A stretch of 64,000 bases of DNA from Fistulifera solaris. Its lineage: Eukaryota. The translations under genes and the position numbers were made by a program. The stretch is taken from contig AP026130.1 in NCBI GenBank assembly GCA_030295235.1, forward strand, positions 744,001 to 808,000, read 5' to 3'. The notes below the pieces were generated by a model. That model saw nothing but the letters and a program-made list of their open reading frames with translations, was not told the origin of the DNA and made no database searches. Below are positions 51,303 to 62,532 of the stretch, piece by piece. Position 1 is the first letter of the stretch. Each line of letters starts with the position of its first letter.

Positions 51303-51843
51303 TTATCCATTAACAATTTTGTTAATGTCTGAGAAGCATGTTCTCCATTCCAACGAAATGTAAGTGTGCGTGAGTTCTTCATCCTTCTCAATATCCCGCT
51401 CGGCGTAGATTTCGAAGCGGTTTTCGTCAAAGAATCGCACCATTTTAGTATTGGCTTTTCCCGTCTTGTCGGTGTTGTAGTACGCCGAGCAACCCGAGCC
51501 CATTCCCCACGTCTTGTTGGGGCGCTCCGTGGACCAGGTGAACACATAAGGGCATTCATTACCGTCAAATCCGTCGGGAAGAATTCTCATGAGACCTTTT
51601 TCCACAAGTTCGCCTAAAGGATATCAATAGACACAAATGCGAGTCAAATATAAGGGATTGCGGTTTCGATAGAGGAAGAAAAGCCGTTGCTATGGTAGAT
51701 AATGTGAAAAAATGACACGTACCTTTCTTGATGGGCACAGCGGCAAAGGCACCGTCAAATTCCCCCGTTTCCTCATTGGAAAAGGTTGATTTCTTGACGT
51801 AAACTTTTGTGCAGTCGATCTTTGTGTCGGGATGAGAAGCCAT
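51303..51843 (-). CDS. Small stand-alone SET-domain protein (~140 aa)
   Basis: VYVKKS..GAFAAVPIKKG|ELVE...YYNT...IYAERDIEKDEELTHTY. Intron ~51615-51722. Confidence 0.8.
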
Positions 51844-52649
51844 CGTTGCTGCCGTGATAATGCAAAGGATGTTTCAAAACAAGAGCAAGTATGGGGCGTT
51901 CATCGGTGCACCAAAATTAGGCGCAAAAATCTCCCTCCATTTTTCTCGACCTCCGCTCACCTCCACCACACAAAATGGAATCCGTTCACGAGCGAGATTC
52001 CATGCCAACGTGGATTCTCGGATTCCTTTTGACGGACGACAGACACGCCTTCGCGGTTCGGATTGGGGAAATTTCAGTCTTGACAAACAATTTACTGTAG
52101 AGAAGATAGTTGAATTGCACTTCGCAGCGGTACCGAAGCTATTCCTTACTTACTCTCCACTATCGAAGACGAAACGGATAATCGAATGACGCGTGATTGA
52201 ATTGACTTTCAAGATGATAGTGTACGAACCAGGAAGGACGTTAAAATTCTGCCTCTCAGTACAAGTTTCTACGTAGAGCCTACGGCGAGGCAGAATTTTA
52301 ACGTCGTTTCCAGCATGACGTATCAGTCTCTTGTCACTTGTCACTCTATCTATCAGTGGTTAATGTTATGATGTAAAAAGTACAGGCAGAACACACTGCC
52401 AAATTTGGAAAGAAACTTGTTTTGGTGCTAAAGAAAAGCGAGGAAGCACGTTCGAAAGACTTCAAGAGCCTTGCTTCTCTGTCAATAACCTTCGTGACGA
52501 GCGACAACGAGGAGTCATTCATTATTCGTCGTCGATCTGATTGGATTGAGGGAAGAGGTCTTTCATTGAGGCGGGCAGGGAAATAGCCATCCCTTGAACG
52601 GCAGCTTATTACGTATTTGTCGACAAGTAGAGAAAGGAGAGAGCAAGCG

Positions 52650-54282
52650 ATGAGCAGCATCAATGCCAAACCAGATTATCATTCACCGCAACGTTTGCGA
52701 GCAAAACTAAATCATTTCCTGGATGACAGCGGGCGTCAACAGCCGAAAACCAATATTGCAGATGCATCGGCTCTGGCGCTGTTTACGGTAGATGAATCGG
52801 AGACTTCCGTGCAAATGGAGGATATGTTTCCGATTGGCGAAATAAAGAGAGTATCGCCGTCCTCGCCACATAAATATTCGGGCTTGTCACATTACTTGAC
52901 CAAGGCCCAACTCACTCCCAATCGCAAGTCACGAATGTCAGGAGACAACTCCTTGCAATCTGTCTCCTTAGATTCCTCCTTCTCTTCTTCCTTTTATGAA
53001 TGTGATGATGACTCATCTTCGAATTTAGACCGAAGTAGCCAATCACCGGATTCGTCGCGACGAAGGAAACGGGCATCTCTGAGACAAGATGCCTACCGGC
53101 AAATTCCTACATTTACTTGGCGACGAGAATCGGTGATTCACAACGGGCGTCGCAAATTCAATTATGTTCCAGTGGAGGATGATGGTATCGATCATGACAT
53201 TAATTTGAACGATTTGCGCAAGCACCGATTGCTCGGCGAAGGACTTTTCGGGCAGGTATGGCTTGCATCCAGTAAAAGCCGACCGTATGCCGTCAAAGTT
53301 CAATCGAAATACGAATTGGCGGAGGGTGCCAAAATTGAGTTTGCGGTTCGTGAAAAGAAATCATGTCACGCATGAAACACCCGTTTATCATTCGTCTCGT
53401 CAAGGCGTATCAAGACCACCAGTTCATCTATCTGATTATGGATTTTGTTAAAGGCGGAGAGCTCTGGAGTTTGTTACACCCTTGTACGGACAAGGTGGAT
53501 ACGGTGGCGTTGCCCGAGAGGCAATCCAAGTTTTACACTCTGTGTCTTGCCGATGCCGTTGTTTACATTCACAACCGCAAATATATTTTCAGGGATTTGA
53601 AGCCAGGTGCGTAACGATCTGTATGGAAGCAAGTGAAAATCGTTTGTTTTGATTCTGAAAGCTCAACTCAATGGATTCTATTGGTGTCCTTAGAGAATAT
53701 ACTGATTGATGCTGCAGGCTACCCTGTACTGGTGGATTTTGGATTGGCAAAACGATTAGAGCGAGGAGAAAAAACGTACACGACGGTCGGCACCCCGGCG
53801 TATTGCTCTCCGAAATTATTAATGGCGATGGTCACACCCGCTGCACAGACTATTGGAGCTTGGGAATCATTGCGTATGAGATGTTGATGGGAGCAAATCC
53901 TTTTTCGTTCGAAGGAATTGATCAGTTCTCACTCTATCGAGCTATTGCTGAAGATGATTATCCGCCATTGAAGAATGTTAGCGAGGACGCCGCCGACTTT
54001 ATCCGACGCATGTTAATCAAGGATCCCACCAAACGACTCGGCGCTCGCAGTCCCAAGGATGTTTTAAATCACGAATGGTTCGACGATTTCGATTTAACAG
54101 CAATCCGACGCCGGAAAATTAAAGCTCCGTGGGTGCCAGAACTCAGTGACCCTCTGGATTCATCGCATTTTGATGATTGGAGTGACTTGGATGACAAATC
54201 CACTCACACATTTCCTGAGATCGACCACAAAGACGAGACGCTATTTGACTCCTTTCCTTTGACCTCTCAGTCCTTTCATTAG
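52650..54282 (+). CDS. AGC-family (PKA/PKG-like) Ser/Thr kinase
   Basis: GEGLFGQV, YAVK, FRDLKP|ENIL, DFGLAK, GTPAYCS(P)E, DYWSLG and the AGC tail KAPWVP..DSSHFD. Intron ~53608-53693; two frameshifts. Confidence 0.92.
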
Positions 54283-54423
54283 AAACATACAGGTATATTG
54301 TAGTTAAAACAGTATATTTGATGAGCGCTTAGAGGTGGCTAAAGCTAGAGATACGCGTTAGGATGTACAGTACCTGGTAGACTCTTCCAACAATAATACG
54401 GAGTAATTGATTTCCGTACCAAC

Positions 54424-54476
54424 CATGACTGAAATCCAGTCGTGGTAAAATCCGCCTACACTTTGAGACTATAGTG
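54424..54476 (+). repeat. Dispersed 53-bp bipartite palindromic element (best consensus copy)
   Basis: CATGACTGAAATCCAGTCGTGGTAAAATCCGCCTACACTTTGAGACTATAGTG. Confidence 0.85.
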
Positions 54477-54651
54477 CAGGGTGAATGATACGTTTAACCT
54501 TAACCGAAAACTCGCCACCAGCACACGTGGAGGGTGGAGGTTTTGTGAGGCCAAGCAAATAAAAAAGTTTCGACCAAAAATAATACTCCGTAATGATGAA
54601 GCACAAGTGCTATCAACACTTGTCTTTTCCCCTCCAACAATCGTCTTTCCG

Positions 54652-56273
54652 ATGAGTCGTCTCTCGTTCGCTACATCGCGTAGAGCTTTCGCGGTTCTTT
54701 TCTATGCGAGCTGTTTCTTGACAAATTCAAGAGTTTGCCATGCCAACAAGGATGAGTCAACAACATCCATCGATTTGGAGTCGCTGACATACAGAGCATT
54801 CCCTCGTCGCACTCATGAAGAAGCTGCCGTTATAGAGTGGGGTCATTCCGCAATTATTTCCGCCTTGGATGTCTCTGTCGCACATTTTGGTCCCCAAACA
54901 TCACAGGCCGCCTTGTTCGAAGTCGAAACGATGCCGATATTAGCATCCCCCATCAACGGTGTCATGTTTGCAGAAAACAAGGATCAACCTGTAATTCGAG
55001 CTCTCGATAATGCGGAAGGTGTAGAGGGCAACGTGGTGGTCATGACGAATGCTGGAAACTTACTTTCGGGGGTGCAGATGGCACAAATCGCCCAAAAATC
55101 CGGCGCAGCCGCTCTGGTGGTCGTCAATATGAATGAAAAACATCCCGATGACATCTACCGCCTTACGGGGGATGACACTACTATTGATATTCCTGTTGTT
55201 ATGATGTCTTACAATTCTGCGACTGTTTTCACCAGCGCGACGGTGACACCTGACATGAATCCGGAAGACATTGTCAACCATGGAATGCCCGAACGGTGAG
55301 TTATTTCAAGGGCTTCGCAGCAGATTGTCATCGGCTCTCACGTTGTACTTGTGATTTTTTCAGTATCCGTCTCTACGCCGGTGGAGATCGACCGTTTTTT
55401 GAAGACGTGGTTGCGTCAGAACCGCCGGTGTATCTCATTCACAACCTTCTGACGGCAGAAGAATGTGAGGCGTTAATACAGAAAGCAGCCCCTTTGGTAC
55501 AACCTATTGGAAGCGAAGAAGATCCCCTCCAACTACTGCAATCACCAGCTGATTATGTCAACTCGCATCGTGCTTTCCTTTGGCAGGGCTTGTGGCAGAC
55601 GGCTAGTGCAAAAGCTATTGAAGAAAGGATTGAGCAGGCTACAGGTTTCCCTCCTGGACATCTAACTGACTTTGTAATAGATCGTATTGACCCGTCCACT
55701 TACTGGAAGCCGCATTACGATAAGTTGGATGCTGCTGTCGGAGGACTTCCCATGGCTACAATTACTATTTTCTTGACCGAAACAGAAAATACCGGCGCGT
55801 CTATTGTGTATCCCAATGCGAAAGGCGGTCCTGTAAAGATTCAACCACAACAAGGACTCGCCGTTATCCATCACAATGTGAATGAGCGTCACCAATTTGA
55901 AAGCAAAGCCATTCACGCCTTGATGCAATCGTCGGAAACGATTTACGTCGCGCGGAAGTATGTCTTGTCGGAGCCCATCTCGAAAGCCAGGCGCGTTGCT
56001 TTGCCGCTATTTGCAATTCTTGCCGGAGGACGTCTGCCGGGTATCTTCAGCTCCGTATACAACTTCTTCGCGGAGCAATTCGGCCACGAAACAGGAGGAA
56101 TGTATTTTGACAAACTCTGTGTTTTCGTTCCAGTCCTCATCATTTTGCTTGTCGTTCAAGTGATCGGTGAAAAGGTAGTACAAAGTTTCCGATCCAGCTC
56201 GGAGACGAAGTCTCCAGCGTCAGAAGAGAAGAGTCGATCGACAAGGAGAAGTAAAACAGAGAAGAACGAATAA
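54652..56273 (+). CDS. Secretory-pathway protein with a PA domain, a prolyl-4-hydroxylase-like 2OG-Fe(II) domain and a C-terminal TM segment
   Basis: PA: AHFG...EGNVVVM..AQIAQKSGAAALVVVN..IDIPVVMMS. P4H: VYLIHNLLTAEECEALI, IEERI, PHYD, IFL, KIQPQQG and AIHA. Intron ~55296-55363. Confidence 0.8.
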
Positions 56274-56454
56274 TGAAGAATTGTGTTTCTTACTAAGAAT
56301 TAAACCAACCATTGCCAACACGTGAACTTGGCGCCTTCTCCAATCACCTGTCATCAAAAAAATATTGCTAAATCATGCTTATTTGGTCATCACTGTCTTA
56401 GAAGTCAGCAGTCTAGAGTAGTATGAACTGGAATCGTTATAGAATAGACAACAA

Positions 56455-57955
56455 CTACATCTTCGAGACAAAGGGAAAAATAACAAAGAAATAATCATTC
56501 TTGTCGGTAAGCTGGATCGGATCATTGAGACAGTTTTTCCGGCGAGTGGAAACCAGAGCATCGTCCAGCACCGCGAGGGCCGTACTCAAGCGGTCGAATC
56601 CATCCAACAATTCATCCTCTGTAATTACCAAAGGTGGCGCACAGTGCACGTGAGGGTAACGATGAAGTCCAACCAATCCAGCTTTGTGATATGCTTCCTT
56701 GTATTTATGAAACGCATCGTGTGCCGGTTCGTGCTGCAGCTTGGGAATAGCCCCCGTCAAATCCTGTACATCAAAGCATCCGAAGAGACCAATGGCGCGG
56801 TATTGCTTGATACACGGATGCTGATCTGCCAGACGCTGCATGTTCGCTGCAAAAATAGGCGCCAAGTGTTGCACGTGGCCCACAATGTCATTCTGGATTA
56901 GGAATTTGACAGCTTCGTAGGCCGTAGCAAGGGCGACGGGATGCGCTTGATACGTCGAGCCCCAACCCAGCGGCTTGTCTTCGAAAAAGTTCATAATCTC
57001 TTCGGAGCAAGCGGTCATGGAAAGGGGAATGGCGGCCCCCGAAATGCCTTTGGCCGCCGAAACAATATCGGGCATCACACCATCATAATGTTGAAAACCA
57101 AATAACTTTCCGGTGCGTCCAAAGCCCACCATGACTTCGTCGACGTGCATGAGAATACCGTACTTATCACAAATGGCTCGGATCCCTTGCATATAACCCG
57201 TTGGCATAATCAAGCAGCCTCCCGCACCCACAATACTCTCCATCAGGATGGAAGCGACATTCTCCGGTCCTTCGTTCAAAATCTGCTCTTCCAGCATATT
57301 CAGAGCACTCTGCACTCGTTCCTCTTCGGTGGCTCCATTCCCGCCATGGTTGAAAAAGAGAGGAAACGGATTGAACGCTTTGACAAAGCCCGGGTTATTG
57401 TCACTTCCGTACCATCGTCGAAAGTCACCCGTCGCGGCCCCGGCGGCCGCGGTGGCTCCATGATAGGATCGGTACCAACTGATAATTTTTTGACGCCCCG
57501 TGAAGCGTCGCGCCATCAGAATCCCCGCCTCATTGGCCTCGGCACCACTGGAGGGAAAGACGGCAGCTCGCAAATTGCCGGGTAGTATTTCTGCCATGAG
57601 TTGATTCATCCGCGTACGAACTTCCGTCATCCCGATGCCTCCGTAGGTGAAGGGTAATTGGGTCATTTGATACGCGGCGGCCTCGACGAGACTCTTTGGA
57701 ACGGAATGTCCCAAATTGGCACACACCGCTTGGGAGGTCCAGTCGAGATATTGGTGACCTTCCTCGTCGTACAGATACACGCCTTCTCCGTGCGTCATAT
57801 TGGGAACGTTGTGGCGTGCCTGGCCGGGTACCCACGTCATCATAAAAGGATGTTCGGCTCTCGATTGATGGAGCTGTTCGGACGTCCAAGTTCCCAAGGG
57901 TTGAAAGTGTGCCGGATCGACGGCGGGGATTTTGGTTGGAGCATTGTTTTTGGCC
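56455..57955 (-). CDS. Class-III PLP aminotransferase (taurine/beta-alanine:pyruvate-type); true start unresolved
   Basis: GEGVYLYD, SGAEANE, SYHG, ESIVG, DEVMVGFGRTG, PDIVSAAKG (PLP Lys), TYQAHP and APPL. Confidence 0.9.
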
Positions 57956-59050
57956 TGCGTATCGCACCGAAGAACGGTAGAAGTGAGTGAATGTGAGTAG
58001 AATGATGATTGACAATGGGTGTGTATCCGAACGATCGAAGAAAATATCGTAGTGATAGGCTGTACTTTTGTGAAGACACGATCTACATTGAAGAAAAAGC
58101 TGCCGAGAAAGTTCTTTGAGGCGATGTTTGGCGGATAACCCAACCAAATTCGGGCGTTTAGGCGGATAACCTCTTGTATCCGAATCATCCGACTTCTCGG
58201 TCCGGGGAAGACGTGGCGGCAATAGCGCGATGATCATTGACAAGCCTTCCTTCATTCAAAAGTCTTTTCATTTCCTGTTCAACTTCATTTTGATTCAAAA
58301 TACAAGGCTTTCATTGCCAGGATTCTCATTATCGGATCGGAATTTGCATCCGTGAATGAGCACTGAAACCGTCAACACTGTCTTACCTCAAACGAAGGAA
58401 GCACCCGTGACCACGATCGAGCCCCTTTGGGCACCTTTCGTTGCACTACAGCAGACGCATTAGCAAGAGCGTGGTATTTGGCACTCATGGTAACCACAAA
58501 ACAACCAAAAGAATGATTTTCGTGTGTCCGAAAAATGATGGCCGTGAAATTCTCATCCAAAGAAGAAAATGTCTTTGCAACCTGCAGACCGAAAAGGGAT
58601 GAGGCTACTCTCTTTCCAGTACAAAATCAACGTTCATTTTCACGTATGTAGAATTCCAGTATGTATTTCTCGTACGTGCGAGGTCGGCTTTCCAATGGCT
58701 CGCAATTCACGATACGACTCAAATCTGCAACTTACTGTCAGCGGACATGTACTGAGGGGCCACCTGCTAAACTGCGAGCTATTATTTCCTTGACGGGTTC
58801 GCGGTTCGCGCGAGCCGGAAACGTGAGACTTGGCTTGGTACATTTTCGACGTAGAATCTACGTGATGCATCATCTTCGAACTTCTTTTTCTCGGAATCCC
58901 AAGTACTGTTTATCGTATAGCTTGCTAATTGGTTCTGGTTCAATCTTGTATACGCGAGTCCTGTCTGGTGACGACTCACTCCTCTCTCCGCTCTCTCCCT
59001 CGTCCTCAACTGAGTGTGACCTTGAAAGAGACGGAAATTCTGTGAAAGGT

Positions 59051-59980
59051 GTCGAGTCGCGGACTTTTTCGACGTGAAAATAAAAGAAACTCTTAACAAG
59101 TAGTTCAGAATCATCATTGTTGCGATTATTTACCCGTGATTATATTTATATTCGGAGTTGAATCATAATGGACGGATGCAAGAGACGCCAAACGGAACCC
59201 TTTGTTGTTCGGTTCATGACTACAGTACAATCCAGTCTTGGCTGGCGTAAACTAACACTCCGTTTCATAGTGGAAACTCAAGCTGTCGAGTCGCGGACTT
59301 TTTCGACGTGAAAATAAAAGAAACTCTTAACAAGTAGTTCAGAATCATCATTGTTGCGACTTTATTTACCCGTGATTATATTTATATTCGGAGTTGAATG
59401 ACAATGAACGGATGCGAGAGACGCCAAACGGAACCCTTTGTTGTTCGGTTCATGACTACAGTACAATCCAGTCTTGGCTGGCGTAAACTAACACTCCGTT
59501 TCATAGTGGAAACTCGAGCTGTCGAGTCGCGGACTTTTTCGACGTGAAAATAAAAGAAACTCTTAACAAGTAGTTCAGAATCATCATTGTTGCGACTTTA
59601 TTTTCTGGTGATTATATTTATATTCGGAGTTGAATCATAATGGACGGATGCAAGAGACGCCAAACGGAACCCTTTGTTGTTCGGTTCATGACTACAGTAC
59701 AATCCAGTCTTGGCTGGCGTAAACTAACACTCCGTTTCATAGTGGAAATTCAAGGTGTCGAGTCGCGGACTTTTTCGACGTGAAAATAAAAGAAACTCTT
59801 AACAAGTAGTTCAGAATCATCATTGTTACGACTTTATTTACCCGTGATTATATTTATATTCGGAGTTGAATCATAATGGACGGATGCAAGAGACGCCAAA
59901 CGGAACCCTTTGTTGTTCGGTTCATGACTACAGTACAATCCAGTCTTGGCTGGCGTAAACTAACACTCTGTTTGATAGTG
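59051..59980. repeat. Near-identical head-to-tail tandem array, ~4 x 234-236 bp
   Basis: The anchor gtcgagtcgcggactttttcgacgtg occurs at 59051, 59285, 59521 and 59757. The array stops at ...ATAGTG (59980). Confidence 0.97.
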
Positions 59981-60079
59981 ATTTTTTTGGATTCACGAAA
60001 AATGGCTAGAATGTACTAGTACTGTAGGTCTATGGTCTATTACCTTATTTTTTATTTTATACGGAGTAAAAAAAAACTG

Positions 60080-60322
60080 ACCACATTTTCTGGGTACGTG
60101 AAAATATAACTCTCCCACTTTTCTGGGTACGTGCAAATATTACTAGCCCATTTTTTCTGGATATGTGAAAATAGCACAAGCCCACATTTTCTTGACACTT
60201 TTTTTATTAATAAAATAGCACTCCCCCACATTTTCTGGAAACGTGAAAATTGCACTCGCCCACATTTTCTGGGTACGTGAAAAAACTACACCCCCACACC
60301 CCCATTTTCTGGGTACGTGAAA
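60080..60322. repeat. ~33-bp minisatellite (CCCACATTTTCTGGGTACGTGAAAAT), ~7 units
   Basis: Directly visible repeated cores with variable 6-15 nt linkers. Confidence 0.9.
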
Positions 60323-61433
60323 TCAAAGAGTAATAAGTAGGTTATAAGGAGGTGAAGCTCCACAGAAAGTGTCTCTTCGGTTTAGTGGTAAGAAATATGA
60401 TATTATATATTTAATTCCTAATTATCCTAAAATGCGGATGCATTTTTGACATTCAAGTGAACTTTCCACTGGTTTTTTTCTTTTGTCACAAATCACTTTT
60501 TCTTTCTTTCAGAAACTTTTTCAATTTTGGTACTTGTACATTTCTACACATCCTAACTGAACTCGGTATTTACACTCGATTATAGAGTATTCCTTGTTTC
60601 TTGGAATGATTTCCCCGTGCTTTTTCTCGTATCGCAAAAAGCGGACCATCGGCATCGACAATTTATCGGCATCTTCGCGTAAAACAGCCATGCTTTTATA
60701 GGCATTTCTTTATCAATTCCGAACGTATTTGCGCCGTTTCTTGTTTTGAAATCACTTAAATAGACTCCTATTGATAAGAATTTCGGGCCGGTGTTCGTGA
60801 AAGTGAAGGCAGTGTGCTGAATTTCGTTTCGTTGACAGAAAATGTCTTTGAAGACAGACGGAAATTCTGTGACATGTGTAATCACATTGACGGAAACTCT
60901 GTGTGCACGGAATCGTTCGCCCTTTTTTTAAAAAATAAACGGTTCGAATTCGCTTGAATAATGTCTATTCGACCCTATCAAAGTTACGACAATTTGATCG
61001 GCACGAACAAGGAATGAATGAATCATCAAGGTCTATGATTATTGGGGAAAGCGATGATGGCATTGATGCACAAAACAGGAAGAAAAATAATGATGCGATC
61101 GAAAATACAGAGTAACCGGGTAACCGGGTAATCCCTCTGTCTATATTCTAAAAGAGCTACGTGAAATCTACATAGTCGTATCTTCTTCATTATGACTTAA
61201 TTCGCGGATAGTTTACGATATGTGTGTGAAAAGGCTCACTTCTTCGCCTCGGGAGAACTTTCACCTATTTTTACCATGACTGGATTACAGTCACGAGACG
61301 TCGACGAGGACAGACCACCTCAGCATCATCGAACTTCACCTCGACGCGACTGATGAGCAGGTTTTGTTGCGAATGATACGACTGCTATACTTCCACGCAA
61401 TAGAGCTTTAATAGAAGACGAAACATATTTCAG

Positions 61434-62472
61434 ATGTTATCCTCAATTACTCGATCTCGACTGCTGAGCGTGCGGACTGCTGCTGCGCCCAAACTCGTCC
61501 GATGGAGTAGTACGGCGGGCGGAGCCCCAACCTGAAAGGCCCCGTCAGTTGGCGCTCGTTATTTCTGGCGGGTGTAGCCGCCGCCACGGCCGTCGCGTAT
61601 TATCAAGTCGAACGAGAACGACGGTTAGAACAAGCCATGGGAAAAATTGTATCGAGTGAGTCGGAAGGGTGGACTCCGCGTCCGGATTATTTGGCCAAAC
61701 GAAAATTCGTCCCCACACAATGGGGCTGGTTCCCCGAGAAGGATGGATTTGGAGCGCGTGAGTGTCGGTTTTTCGCGACGAATACATACATCCTTGGAAC
61801 AAAGATTTTGTTGGTTGTGAAAATCGTTGGATTTTTAACTATTGACTAACGTTTGTTCTTCTCTTTTGCATCCACAGCGGGGAAACCTGCCATTGGAGGG
61901 CCCTGGTCTTTAGTCGATCTGGATGGAAACTTGGTAACGAACAAATCATTTGAAGGAAAGTGGCTTTTACTCTATTTTGGATTTGCACGATGTCCCGATA
62001 TTTGTCCTTCCGAAATGGTGAAAGTCGGCAAGGTGATGGATACGCTCAAAGAAAAACATCCCGAACTGTACCAGAAGGTGGTCCCCGTCTTTGTTTCAGT
62101 GGATCCAGCTCGTGATTCGTTAACAGCATTAAGAGCTTACGCACAAGATTTTCATCCCGATTACGTCTTTTTTAACGGGTGCGCCAACTCAGGTGCAGCA
62201 AATGGCCAAGCTATTTCGTGTTTACGTGAGTAAAGCGGATGAAACAGAAGATGGCGACTATTTGGTAGATCACTCCATTGTTATCTATTTTCATAATGAT
62301 AAGGGGGATCTGGAGGATTGCTTCACTCAGTCAATGCGTCATACCGATGTCACGGAGAAGATTGTAAGTTGGATTTGCTTGCTGTGTTTATCAAGACAGC
62401 TTTGTGTCTCATTTGCTCGCTATTGCTCAGGTCGAACTCATGACGGCGAAGAAACTGCCCGCTGTATCATAA
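61434..62472 (+). CDS. SCO1: SCO1/SenC copper chaperone for cytochrome c oxidase
   Basis: Mitochondrial leader, GPVSW plus TM segment, GKPAIGGPWSLVD, YFGFARCPDICP, SVDPARD and YLVDHS. Two introns and two homopolymer frameshifts. Confidence 0.93.
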
Positions 62473-62532
62473 TCTTTTGCTGGGGCCGTCAGATAGTGCA
62501 TGCTACCCTGTGGTTGCTCGCTGCAATTGGTT

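Noticed and set aside
17540..57955. Taurine/osmolyte pathway cluster (PDX2, ALDH, SulP, aminotransferase)
   Set aside because: The genes are widely separated and their substrate specificities cannot be read from the sequence.
58569..59117. Short ORFs adjoining the tandem array as a transposase or Rep remnant
   Set aside because: No DDE, HUH, reverse transcriptase or recombinase motifs are recognisable.
59051..60322. CRISPR array
   Set aside because: The 236-bp units are identical along their length with no unique spacers. The 33-bp minisatellite linkers are too short and degenerate, no cas genes are present, and the context is eukaryotic.
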